NCBI RefSeq assembly: GCF_006345805.1
Contig: NW_021831854.1
Location: 34,635 to 98,634, forward strand
Direction of reading: 5' to 3'
Length of the DNA stretch: 64,000 bases
Source: Octopus sinensis
Lineage: Eukaryota
A program made the position numbers and the translations under genes. Shown here piece by piece: positions 39,241-51,206 of this stretch (its first letter is position 1; each line of letters begins with the position of its first letter). Under the pieces are notes generated by a model, which saw only the letters and a list, made by a program, of their open reading frames with translations, searched no databases and had not been told where the DNA came from.

Positions 39241-39481
39241 GCGAGTATGTAGAGATATAAGTATGTGCATGTGTATATATGTGTGTATATATATATGTAT
39301 AGGTATGTGTATGTGTATGTATGTATATATATATATATATGTGTGTGTGTATGTATGCATATATGTATGTATGTATGTATGTATATGTGTATGTATATAT
39401 ATGTGTGTAAGTGTGTGTATATATGTATATGTAAGTGTGTGTGCGTGTATGAGTATGTATGTATGTTTGCACACATGTATA

Positions 39482-39574
<93 letters not shown>

Positions 39575-40222
39575 GTATGTGTGTGTGTATATATGTGTGT
39601 ATGTGTATGTATGTATGTATATATATGCGTGTGTATGTGTATATGTACATATACGTGTACGCTCGTGTGTTTATGTATATGTAGGTACGTAGAGTTATCT
39701 ATGTGTGTATGTATTTGTACATGTGTGTAAGTATGTATATATATATATATGTGTGTATATGTGTGTGTATATATATATGTATATATGTATATGTATATAT
39801 ATGTGTGTATATATGTATATATATATCTATATATATATATATGTGTGTATGTGTATATGTATGTATGTATATATATATGTATATGTATGTGTATGCATGC
39901 GCGTATATATATTTTACTATTTACTTATTTTTTTGAGTATGCATGTATGAATAACTGCGCGTATATATATTTTACTATTTACTTATTTTTTGAGTATGCA
40001 TGTAAGTATGAATATAAGGAGGCACGTGTGTGTGTGTATGTGTAAGCATAGATATATGTATACTTTTACGCATGTGTGTACTTATGTGTATATATGGATG
40101 CGCGTGTGTGTGTGTGTGTATGGGTACGCATGTACATGTGTACGTGCGTGTATGTGTATATGAGTATGTATGTATGTGTGTGCGTATATTTGTATATGTA
40201 TGTATGTATATGTATGTGTGTG

Positions 40223-40273
<51 letters not shown>

Positions 40274-41010
40274 ATGTGTATGTATGTATATGTATATGCG
40301 TATGTGTATGTATATGTATGTGTATGCATGCGCGTATATATATGTACGTATATGTATACGTGTGGGTGTGTGTATGTGTATAAATGTATGTATGTATGGA
40401 TGTATGGATGTATGTATGTATGTATACGTATGTATGTGTATGTGTGTATATGTATGTATGTGTATGTGTGTGTATATGTATATATAATATATATGTATAT
40501 GTGTATATGTATGTATATGTATATATATATATATATGTATATATATATGTATGTATATATATGTGAATATGTATGTATATGTATATATATATATACATGT
40601 ATGTATTTGTATGTAGGTGTATATGTATGTGTGTGTATTTATATTTATTGGTGTATATGTATAGACTAGCCTTCTAAGAGTGTAGACATGAATCTGTAGG
40701 TACGCGTACGTATGTGTATATACGTGAATGTATGTAGATGTATGTATGTATGAATATAACGCGTGCGTGCGTGTATGTGTATGAGTGTACGAATGAGTGA
40801 GTGTACGTGCTAAAGAGTGTGCGTGAGTGAATGAGTGCTTGTTTTCCAGTAGACAGATAAATGGACTGGCTGTCATAGCCAAGATGTTTGTGACCAGCGA
40901 TCAAAGATAACAAAAGTAATAAATGAAGATAATAAAATTAAAATTAGGGAATGGGTCTGTATTTGTATGTGTATATATATGTGTGTATGTGTAGTTATGC
41001 ATAGGTACAC

Positions 41011-41056
<46 letters not shown>

Positions 41057-41790
41057 ATGTATGTGTGTATATGTGTGTATGTGTATATATGTGTATATAG
41101 GGACTAGTGTGCTGTGTGTGCATATGTGTGTGTGGATATGTGTGTGTATGCGTGTATGTGAGTATGTGTGTGTATGTGTATATATATTTTTCTGTGTGTA
41201 TATGTATGTGTGGTCGTGTGTGTGTATATATACATGTGTGTATACGTGTATGCATGTGAGTGTGTGTATGTATACATATATGTGTATGTGTAGATATGTA
41301 TATGTATGTGTAAGTGTATATATATGTATATATGTGTGTGTGTACGTATGTGTGTATGTATATGTATATATGTTTGTATGTGTGTGTATATATGTATACA
41401 TATGTGCATAGGTATAAGTGAGAATCTCCTTATTTACCTAAAACTCTATTCCCTTTTTTTATATATATTTTTTATATATTTTTTTATATATTTTTTTATT
41501 TTTTTATTTATTCTTCTATCTAATTTAACACCGACACCTTGACCACTCCCCCAAGTATGATATTTTGCGCTATGCCTACCCCCAAAAAGTCCCCCACCAA
41601 CACCCCTTTAAACCTGCCTAAATGTATAAATGCCAATACAATTCTTGTTAACTAGCTACCTGAAGATTTCTCTTGAATGAAACAGTTCTAGTCCTGTAGA
41701 AGCTCCTTCTATATAATAAATTAATTTTACTCTACTATGTATTGAGTACCTTATTTACTGTGGTTAACCCCGAATCAACCCGGGACCTAC
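31855..41790. repeat. ~10 kb nested inverted-repeat complex built from a PLE-like element with a long low-complexity 3' region
   Basis: Unique anchor blocks recur: block at 32590-32900 and 34770-35100 (+) vs 40670-40960 (-); 33780-33900 vs 39630-39730; 36660-38000 vs 38097-39480; terminal block at 31860-32160 and 34022-34310 vs 36230-36530 and 41415-41715. Confidence 0.85.
35281..35386 (-). mobile_element. RTE-type LINE 3' end (100 bp) inserted in (TA)n
   Basis: [29 protein letters not shown], same as 43847-44116 and 61354-61623. Confidence 0.85.
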
Positions 41791-41894
41791 ATATATATAT
41801 ATATATATACACGCAAACACGCAGGAAGTAAATAGACACCTTTAATTTTCAAAAGCGAAGAATGGAAATGTAATCGATAGGTAGGACTATATAC

Positions 41895-42170
41895 TTTAGT
41901 ATTTAGTTTGATATTCCCTTTGCAGTTTTTAATTCAGAAACTCTTGTTGGCATTGAACTGATGAGCTTTGTGATTGTCTCTTGTGGAATTTCTGCCCACT
42001 TTTCACGCGACAATCGAAACAATTCATCTTTAGATTTAGGTTTCTGTTGAGTTTTTTCGTATAGTTCTATCTAGTATGCTTTTCAATTGGGTTCATAAGA
42101 TTTTCAATTGGGTTCATGTCAGGAGATTGGCAAGTTTAGAGTCAATTCCTTGTCTCCAGTCCCAGTAGAG
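41895..42170 (-). mobile_element. Tc1-family transposase C-terminal remnant
   Basis: Minus strand QSPDMNPIEN...KWAEIPQETITKLISSMPTRV...TAKG, typical of the Tc1 C-terminus; degenerate with stops. Confidence 0.75.
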
Positions 42171-42199
42171 CACCAGTGTCCGACCTTCGGCACACCCTG

Positions 42200-42540
42200 C
42201 CGAGCAAGCATCGGATTTATCAAACACTGCCAGGTACACCGTGGCCCTTTTTTCTTCCCCTGAAGGATGTTATTTTGGTTACGGTCATAAACGACGGACG
42301 GACTGTTGTTCTAATGGCCCTTCCTCTTCAAATTTTAAATCTTTTGCCAAGCACGAAGGTTGTATTGACAGAGCTAAGGTACGTGTCCTGAGACAAGAGG
42401 GAACCAATGTTACCCAATGGTTCCGGGTGGCTGAGGGCACAAAATGGCAACAAAAACACCATTCGGTCTTTGGTGGACCAAAATGGGCGCACGGTGAACG
42501 AACCAGGGCAGATGTGGGCAGTATTTTACCGAGTTGATCG
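42200..42540 (+). mobile_element. Degenerate Tx1/L1-type ORF2 fragment related to 10588-13308
   Basis: AKHEGCIDRAKVRVLRQEG and NKNTIRSLVDQNGRTVNEPGQMWAVF align with [19 protein letters not shown] and [26 protein letters not shown]. Confidence 0.75.
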
Positions 42541-42592
42541 GGACGAATCGTGGCCAGATCGCACGATGGATGCAGTTGTAGTAGCCATCGCT

Positions 42593-43692
42593 GCGGGGTC
42601 ACTCCGAAAAACTCTATCTACGATGATTTCATCTCAATCGAAGAAGAGGGGCTTTCTCCGTCCGGTTTGCGGATCCGTGGAATAAGCTGCCGGACGAGAT
42701 AGTGAAGATGCCGACGACCGCTCGGTTCAAAGTCTCTCTTGACCAGAAATGGCCTGAACTCTTTGCATGAACACCCTCCCTGTACATAACTCCATGTCCC
42801 CCTACATGGCCTTGCTTTTGCTTTATGAGCCAAAAAATTAACTTAACTTAACTATATACATACATACATCCGGGTTGCGGATCCGTGGAATAAGCTGCCG
42901 GACGAGATAGTGAAGATGTCGACGACCGCTCGGTTCAAAGTCTCTCTTTACCAGAAATGGCCTGAACTCTTTGCATGAACACCCTCCCTGTACATAACTC
43001 CATGTCCCCCTACATGACCTTGCTTTTTTGCTTTTTGAGCCAAAAAATTAACTTAACTTAACTATATACATACATCCGGGTTGCGGATCCGTGGAATAAG
43101 CTGCCGGACGAGATAGTGAAGATGCCGACGACCGCTCGGTTCAAAGACTCTCTTGACCAGAAATGGCCTGAACTCTTTGCATGACCACCCTCCCTGTACA
43201 TAACTCCATGTCCTCCTACATGGCCTTGCTTTTGCTTTATGAGCCCAAAAATTAACTTAACTTAACTATATACATACATACATCCTGGTTGCGGATCCGT
43301 GGAATAAGCTGCCGGACGAGATAGTAAAGATGCCGACGACCGCTCGGTTCAAAGTCTCTCTTTACCAGAAATGGCCTGAACTCTTTGCATGAACACCCTC
43401 CCTGTACATAACTCCATGTCTCCCTACATGGCCTTGCTTTTGCTTTTTGAGCCAAAAAATTAACTTAACTTAACGATATACATACATACATCCGGGTTGC
43501 GGATCCGTGGAATAAGCTGCCGGACGAGATAGTGAAGATGTCGACGACCGCTCGGTTCAAAGACTCTCTTGACCAGAAATGGCCTGAACTCTTTGCATGA
43601 ACACCCTCCCTGTACATAACTCCATGTCCCCCTACATGACCTTGCTTTTTTGCTTTATGAGCCAAAAAATTAACTTAATTTAACTTAACTTA
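42593..43692 (+). repeat. Five tandem copies (~207 bp period) of a CR1-type LINE 3' end with (TTAAC)n tail
   Basis: The first copy reads RGHSEKL...RRRGAFSVRFADPWNKLPDEIVKMPTTARFKVSLDQKWPELFA*; units restart at about 42867, 43073, 43281 and 43489. Confidence 0.9.
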
Positions 43693-43821
43693 GTATTTCC
43701 GAGACATGACCCATCGATTTTCGACATTTCCAAGATGTACACATCTCGAAGTCGACTTGAGATCGAGAGGCAGAATCGCTGTATTGATTCGAGAACAGTT
43801 GGATTTTGCGATATGACCCAT

Positions 43822-44125
43822 CTAGCTTGAACCAAAGTGCAAATATATGGGGAAACTACCACCTGTGTCATCTCTTGTGAAAGGTAGGAGAGTCCAGTTT
43901 GCTGGACATTGTTGTAGAGCTGAAAAAGAAGTAATTTCTACTCTTCTCCTCTGGAAGCCATCTACTCGCAATACCAGAGGGTGCACACTCTCCTACCCTG
44001 ATGTAATCTCCAGGGATACAGGCATCCAGCAAAAGGACCTCCGTAATGCTATGATGGACCGTGAAGTCTGGCGTAACATAGTAAATTCTATTGTCTCGAC
44101 CACGGTCGAACAATGATGATGATGA
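43822..44125 (+). mobile_element. RTE-type LINE 3' fragment with (GAT)n tail
   Basis: KVQIYGKLPPVSSLVKGRRVQFAGHCCRAEKEVISTLLLWKP...[19 protein letters not shown] then ATGATGATGATG. Confidence 0.85.
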
Positions 44126-44726
44126 TTGAACCAGACTATAAGTTTGTAGTACAAGACGTAACCGGTTGCGAAGATTAGCAGCCGTGAATGCCTCAACAGA
44201 GGCGGCAAGGTTTTTTTCCCTGGCGTCTACAGATCTTGCTAGAATTTTCCCGCTCTTTATTCCCAGTGGGTGATAGGAAAAGCATGCAGTGATCGTGTGG
44301 GATTGGCTGATAGGAGAAGGGGTACAAAACATCGAAAACCTGCTCAGATATTTTCAGTTGACTAGTAGAGAGTGACTGGATTTAACGTATGAATCAGTAT
44401 AAACAAGGTCGAATTACATCAGGCGATTCGAATGAATCTAGATAAGGTATTCTGTATACTAGCGTAGGTTTTCCGCATTTTAAAGGGTTCAGTTACAGCG
44501 ACTATAAATTTATGATCTGTCAGTCGATCTCGATTGGCTTGCTGGGTAGGATCCGGTTACTAACAGGTGATTGTGCTACTCTCACCTTGATGATTTTGTA
44601 GAGTGCGGGTTGCCGAATTACTGAAGAGGGTGATGAATGAGTCAATCGTCAACAAGAAATGGCAGCTTTCCCAGAAAAAAGACGATTAGAGCGGAAAGAT
44701 CAGGGTTTAATAAGAGTAGCAAGAAG

Positions 44727-45140
44727 CGGCGAGCTGGCAGAAACGTTAGCACACCAGGCGAAATGCGTGACCGTATTTCGTCTGTCGTTACGTTGTGAGT
44801 TCAAATTCCGCCGAGGTCGACTTTGCCTTTCACCCTTTCGGGGTCGATTAAATTAAGTACCAGTTACGCACTGGGGTCGATGTAATCGACTTAATACCTA
44901 TGTCTGTCCTTGTTTGTCCCCTCTATGTTTAGCCCCTTGTGGGTAGTAAAGAAATCGGCATTTCGTCTGCCGCTGCGTTCTGAGTTCAAATTCCGCCGAG
45001 GTCGACTTTGACTTTCACCATTTCGGGGTCGATAAATAAAGTACCAGTTACGCACTGGGGTCGATGTAATCGACTTAATACCTATGTCTGTCCTTGTTTG
45101 TCCCATTTATGTTTATCCCCTTGTGGGTAGTAAAGAAATA
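44727..45140 (+). mobile_element. SINE family D, full copy plus tandem partial copy (duplicated at 49308-49725)
   Basis: GCGGCGAGCTGGCAGAAACGTTAG...GAGTTCAAATTCCGCCGAGGTCGAC head; also at 63492-63725. Confidence 0.85.
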
Positions 45141-45412
45141 AGAGTAGCAATAGGGAAAACTAAAATATAGGAACCCAGTGAAATACTTTAAAAAAGTGCT
45201 AAGGAAAATCATCACCTTTCGACTGGTCCTTCAGAGGTTGCGCTGTGGGACCAAAGCTATGACCCTAAAATACGTAAGAACGAAAAGCGTTGAATGGTCC
45301 GAAATGTTTGAGATAGAGCGTGGTTACAAAGCCATCATTCCGTTTTTCATGGACCATGATGAACGCTTCCTACTCGATCTTAAACATTTATGTTTTTCGC
45401 ACCGAAATCATC

Positions 45413-47031
45413 GGATCTTTTCCGTTTGAAGGCCAGATTTCAAAACAATTTCTAGTTAACTAAACTCTTTAAAACTTCGTATACTGGTAGAATGTGTCAA
45501 AATAAAACATTTTTGGATCTTTTCCGTTTGAAGGCCAGATTTCAACACAATTTCTAGTTAACTAAACTCTTTAAAACTTCGTATACTGGTAGAATGTGTC
45601 AAAATAAAACATTTTTGGATCTTTTCCGTTTGAAGGCCAGATTTCAACACAATTTCTAGTTAACTAAACTCTTTAAAACTTCGTATACTGGTAGAATGTG
45701 TCAAAATAAAACATTTTTGGATCTTTTCCGTTTGAAGGCCAGATTTCAACACAATTTCTAGTTAACTAAACTCTTTAAAGCTTCGTATACTGGTAGAATG
45801 TGTCAAAATAAAAAATTTTTGGATCTTTTCCGTTTGAAGGCCAGATTTCAACACAATTTCTAGTTAACTAAACTCTTTAAAACTTCGTATACTGGTAGAA
45901 TGTGTCAAAATAAAACATTTTTGGATCTTTTCCATTTGAAGGCCAGATTTCAACACAATTTCTAGTCAACGAAACTCTTTAAAACTTCGTATACTGGTAG
46001 AATGTGCCAAAATAAAACATTTTTGGATCTTTTCCGTTTGAAGGCCAGATTTCAACACAATTTCTAGTTAACTAAACACTTTAAAACTTCGTATACTGGT
46101 AGAATGTGTCAAAATAAAACATTTTTGGATCTTTTCTGTTGGAAGGCCAGATTTCAAAACAATTTCTAGTTTATTTAACTAAACTCTTTAAAACTTCGTA
46201 TACTGGTAGAATGTGTCAAAATAAAACATTTTTTTTCTCTTGGCTTTCTTGAGAAAACTGTAATTTGTTTGTTTAACGTAGTTTAACTTTTCGAATTTTA
46301 ACCAATCCTATGCTCTCTTTTGAGCTAAAATCATTTGCTGCGTCTAAAACTGAGACAACATCCTGTAACTAATCCTAAACCTCCCCCCTAACCCTAAATT
46401 TTTTTTTCTTAATTGTTGAATTAATTTAATTGTTACGCGTGTAAAAAAAACTAAAGCAATGGAATTAAATTAATTTAACAATTAAGAAAAAAAAATTTAG
46501 AGTTAGGGTTGGGGTTAGGGGGGAGGTTTAGGGTTAGTTACAGGATGTTGTCTCAGTTTTAGACGCAGCAAATAATTTTAGTTGAATGGAGGTAATCGAT
46601 TGGTTAAAATTGCCGAAATGCTCGGATTTTCAGACGAAATATCTTACAAACTATAGAATTTTCTCAATAAAACCAAGAGAAAAAGATGTTTTATAAACCT
46701 ATTCTACCAGTATACGAAGTTTAAAAGTGTTTAGTTACGTGGAAATTATTTTTAAAAACTGCCGTTCAAACAGAAAAGATCATAGAATTTTCTCAATAAA
46801 ACCAATGATGTTTTATAAACATATTCTATCAGTATACGAAGTTTAAAAGTGTTTAGTTACGTGGAAATTATTTTTAAAAACTGCCGTTCAAACAGAAAAG
46901 ATCATAGAATTTTCTCAATAAAGCCAAGAGAAAATGATGTTTTATAAACACATTCTACCAGTATACGAAGTTTAAAAGTGTTTAGTTACCTGAAATTGCG
47001 TTGAAAACTGCCGTTCAAAAGGAAAAGATCC
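45413..47031. mobile_element. Foldback-type non-autonomous DNA transposon with modular TIRs and 8-bp TSD
   Basis: AAATCATC|GGATCTTTTCC...GGAAAAGATCC|AAATCATC; left arm 8 x 102-bp repeats, right arm ~3 inverted diverged ~120-bp repeats, central hairpin at ~46330-46575; no ORF. Confidence 0.85.
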
Positions 47032-47600
47032 AAATCATCTCCTGTTGTTCAGGACGAATGGCGGCCCGAATCACAGGATGAACCTCAGTGCTTACCTCCA
47101 TGGAGTGCCACAGGACTCATGGCAGCGGAGGATGAGTACTGCGAAAATCCGATAACAGACACTAAAATACAAGTTAAACACACGAGAAGCAAATCAACTA
47201 ATTCAGGTATGCTTCTTCTCAAACAGTGGAGGCGTCAGCATCATGATCGTAAGATTGTGGTTTCGATTCCTGGACCGGCCGACGCGTTGTGTTCTTGAGC
47301 AAATCATTTCATTTCACATTGCTCTAGTCCACTCAGCCGGCAAAAATGAGTAACGCTGTGATAGACTGGCGTCCCATCCAGCTGGGGAACACATACGCCA
47401 TTGAAACCGGAAAACCGGGCCCATAAGCCTGGCTAGGCTTTAAAAGGGTGTGTAGCAATAACCATTTTAGCCATTTTGAAATGTGGCGCGAATTGGCAAT
47501 ACGTAATGTCATATTGCCAAAGAATTATCATTTTCGTTTTATTCCATTGGTTAATATAACTGCTCATATAAAGATTCTAAAAGTTTCGTAAAGAATATTT

Positions 47601-48571
47601 GTCATGGATTTCGATTCTTTTTAGTCAAGTTGAGCAGTTATAAAAACCCTGGATTTTGGGAAAAATTTCAGTGTTTGTTGGATGTCACTGACCTCCACGA
47701 CACTCACTCTTTTGAGACATCGGTAATTTTCATGCCATGTCTAGAGTTAATCACAAATCTATTTGCTAGAATTGAGAAATTAGTAAATGAAATTATAGTC
47801 GTTCTTCTTCACGACAAAGTTATCTTTCCTACTGTAAATAATATAAAATGTTATATTTATATAATAAAACTAATTAAAAGAAAATGTTTCTCTTCACGTT
47901 TGTTTTCCAACTGAGCAAAAATAAGGATGCATTTCTGTAATCCTTAATTTATGTTCAGTTGGCGGTTTTTGTTTTAAACCTTAAGCTTTCTCTTAGTTTT
48001 TATTATTTTATTTGGCTTTTCTCTGAGTAAGGGAGAATATAATGATTTAACATCACTTATACTAAAGTGTTATCATTATACCTAAAACCCTAACTACAGT
48101 TATAACGTCATATAGACATATACGCATGAAACGCTATGAATATTAACGACATGTATGTTGAATATTTTCTTCGTGTCCTTTAAACCGCTATAAAAAAACA
48201 TCAGTTAAGGATTACAGAAATGCATCCTTATTTATGCTCAGTTGAAAAACAACGTGAAGAGAAACATTTTCTTTTAATTAGTTTTATTATATAAATATAA
48301 CATTTTATATTATTTACAGTAGGAAAGATAACTTTGTCGCGAAGAAGAACGACTATAATTTCATTAAATAATTTCTCAATTCTAGCTAACACATTAACCA
48401 ACAAATCAAAATAGATTTGTGATAACTCTAGACATGGCATGAAAATTCCCGATGTCTCAAAAGAGTGAGTGTCGTGGAGTTCAGTGACATCCAGCAAACA
48501 CTGAAACTTTTCCCAAAATCCAGGGTTTTTATAACTGCTCAACTTGACTAAAAAGAATCGAAATCCATGAC
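47601..48571. repeat. Inverted repeat, ~350 bp arms, ~250 bp spacer (duplicated at ~51776-52747)
   Basis: The same spurious ORF MSSYKNPGFWEKFQCLLDVT... appears on both strands (47630-47914 +, 48228-48542 -). Confidence 0.9.
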
Positions 48572-49996
48572 GTTGCTCCAGTCCACTCAGCTGGCAAAAA
48601 TGAGTTGTACTTGTACTTCAAAGGGTCAGCCTTGTCACTCTCTGTGTCACGCTGATTATCCCCGAGAACTACGTTAAGGGTACACGTGTCGAACAATGAT
48701 GATGATGATTGAACCAGACTATAAGTTTGTAGTACAAGACGTAACCGGTTGCGAAGATTAGCAGCCGTGAATGCCTCAACAGAGGCGGCAAGGTTTTTTC
48801 CCTAGCGTCTACAGATCTTGCTAGAATTTTCCCGCTCTTTATTCCCAGTGGGTGATAGGAAAAGCATGCAGTGATCGTGTGGGATTGGCTGATAGGAGAA
48901 GGGGTACAAAACATCGAAAACCTGCTCAGATATTTTCAGTTGACTAGTAGAGAGTGACTGGATTTAACGTATGAATCAGTATAAACAAGGTCGAATTACA
49001 TCAGGCGATTCGAATGAATCTAGATAAGGTATTCTGTATACTAGCGTAGGTTTTCCGCATTTTAAAGGGTTCAGTTACAGCGACTATAAATTTATGATCT
49101 GTCAGTCGATCTCGATTGGCTTGCTGGGTAGGATCCGGTTACTAACAGGTGAATGTGCTACTCTCACCTTGATGATTTTGTAGAGTCCGGGTTGCCGAAT
49201 TACTGAAGAGGGTGATGAATGAGTCAATCGTCAACAAGAAATGTCGGCTTTCCCAGAAAAAAAGACGATTAGAGCGGAAAGATCAGGGTTTAATAAGAGT
49301 AGCAAGAAGCGGCGAGCTGGCAGAAACGTTAGCACACCAGGCGAAATGCGTGACCGTATTTCGTCTGTCGTTACGTTGTGAGTTCAAATTCCGCCGAGGT
49401 CGACTTTGCCTTTCACCCTTTCGGGGTCGATTAAATTAAGTACCAGTTACGCACTGGGGTCGATGTAATCGACTTAATACCTATGTCTGTCCTTGTTTGT
49501 CCCCTCTATGTTTAGCCCCTTGTGGGTAGTAAAGAAATCGGCATTTCGTCTGCCGCTGCGTTCTGAGTTCAAATTCCGCCGAGGTCGACTTTGACTTTCA
49601 CCCTTTCGGGGTTGATTAAATTAAGTACCAGTTACGCACTGGGGTCGATGTAATCGACTTAATACCTATGTCTGTCCTTGTTTGTCCCATTTATGTTTAG
49701 CCCCTTGTGGGTAGTAAAGAAATAAGAGTAGCAATAGGGAAAACTAAAATATAGGAACCCAGTGAAATACTTTAAAAAAGTGCTAAGGAAAATCATCACC
49801 TTTCGACTGGTCCTTCAGAGGTTGCGCTGTGGGACCAAAGCTATGACCCTAAAATACGTAAGAACGAAAAGCGTTGAATGGTCCGAAATGTTTGAGATAG
49901 AGCGTGGTTACAAAGCCATCATTCCGTTTTTCATGGACCATGATGAACGCTTCCTACTCGATCTTAAACATTTATGTTTTTCGCACCGAAATCATC

Positions 49997-51206
49997 GGAT
50001 CTTTTCCGTTTGAAGGCCAGATTTCAACACAATTTCTAGTTAACTAAACTCTTTAAAGCTTTGTATACTGGTAGAATGTGTCAAAATAAAACATTTTTGG
50101 ATCTTTTCCATTTGAAGGCCAGATTTCAACACAATTTCTAGTCAACGAAACTCTTTAAAACTTCGTATACTGGTAGAATGTGTCAAAATAAAACATTTTT
50201 GGATCTTTTCCGTTTGAAGGCCAGATTTCAACACAATTTCTAGTTAACTAAACACTTTAAAACTTCGTATACTGGTAGAATGTGTCAAAATAAAACATTT
50301 TTGGATCTTTTCCGTTGGAAGGCCAGATTTCAAAACAATTTCTAGTTTAGTTAACTAAACTCTTTAAAACTTCGTATACTGGTAGAATGTGTCAAAATAA
50401 AACATTTTTTTTCTCTTGGCTTTCTTGAGAAAACTGTAATTTGTTTGTTTAACGTAGTTTAACTTTTCGAATTTTAACCAATCCTATGCTCTCTTTTGAG
50501 CTAAAATCATTTGCTGCGTCTAAAACTGAGACAACATCCTGTAACTAATCCTAAACCTCCCCCTAAACCTTAATTTTTTTTTCTTAATTGTTGAATTAAT
50601 TTAATTGTTACGCGTGTAAAAAAAACTAAAGCAATGGAATTAAATTAATTTAACAATTAAGAAAAAAAAATTTAGAGTTAGGGTTGGGGTTAGGGGGGAG
50701 GTTTAGGGTTAGTTACAGGATGTTGTCTCAGTTTTAGACGCAGCAAATAATTTTAGTTGAATGGAGGTAATCGATTGGTTAAAATTGCCGAAATGCTCGG
50801 ATTTTCAGACGAAATATCTTACAAACTATAGAATTTTCTCAATAAAACCAAGAGAAAAAGATGTTTTATAAACCTATTCTACCAGTATACGAAGTTTAAA
50901 AGTGTTTAGTTACGTGGAAATTATTTTTAAAAACTGCCGTTCAAACAGAAAAGATCATAGAATTTTCTCAATAAAACCAATGATGTTTTATAAACATATT
51001 CTATCAGTATACGAAGTTTAAAAGTGTTTAGTTACGTGGAAATTATTTTAAAAAACTGCCGTTCAAACAGAAAAGATCATAGAATTTTCTCAATAAAGCC
51101 AAGAGAAAATGATGTTTTATAAACACATTCTACCAGTATACGAAGTTTAAAAGTGTTTAGTTACCTGAAATTGCGTTGAAAACTGCCGTTCAAAAGGAAA
51201 AGATCC
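49997..51206. mobile_element. Second copy of the foldback element (4 x 102-bp repeats), produced by the tandem duplication
   Basis: Same TIRs and the same AAATCATC TSD at 49989-49996 and 51207-51214. Confidence 0.85.

Noticed and set aside
32160-41542. Dozens of Y/I/H/T/C/V-rich ORFs
   Set aside because: They are translations of TA/CA low-complexity DNA.
41962-42032. CTGATGA...GAAAC as another hammerhead
   Set aside because: It lies antisense within the Tc1 coding remnant; stem II is not closed next to the core, and stems I and III are absent.
45413-46232. Regular 102-bp repeats (and the 207-bp units at 42.6-43.7 kb) as a CRISPR array
   Set aside because: The units are contiguous tandem repeats with no unique spacers, there are no cas genes, and the context is eukaryotic.
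46500-46542. TTAGGG-like run as an interstitial telomere or fusion site
   Set aside because: Only a few degenerate units, forming part of the internal hairpin of the foldback element and mirrored on the other arm.
47630-48542. Paired ORFs MSSYKNPGFWEKF... on opposite strands as duplicated genes
   Set aside because: They start at TTG/CTG-type codons inside the inverted-repeat arms and have no recognisable domain; they reflect the DNA symmetry.
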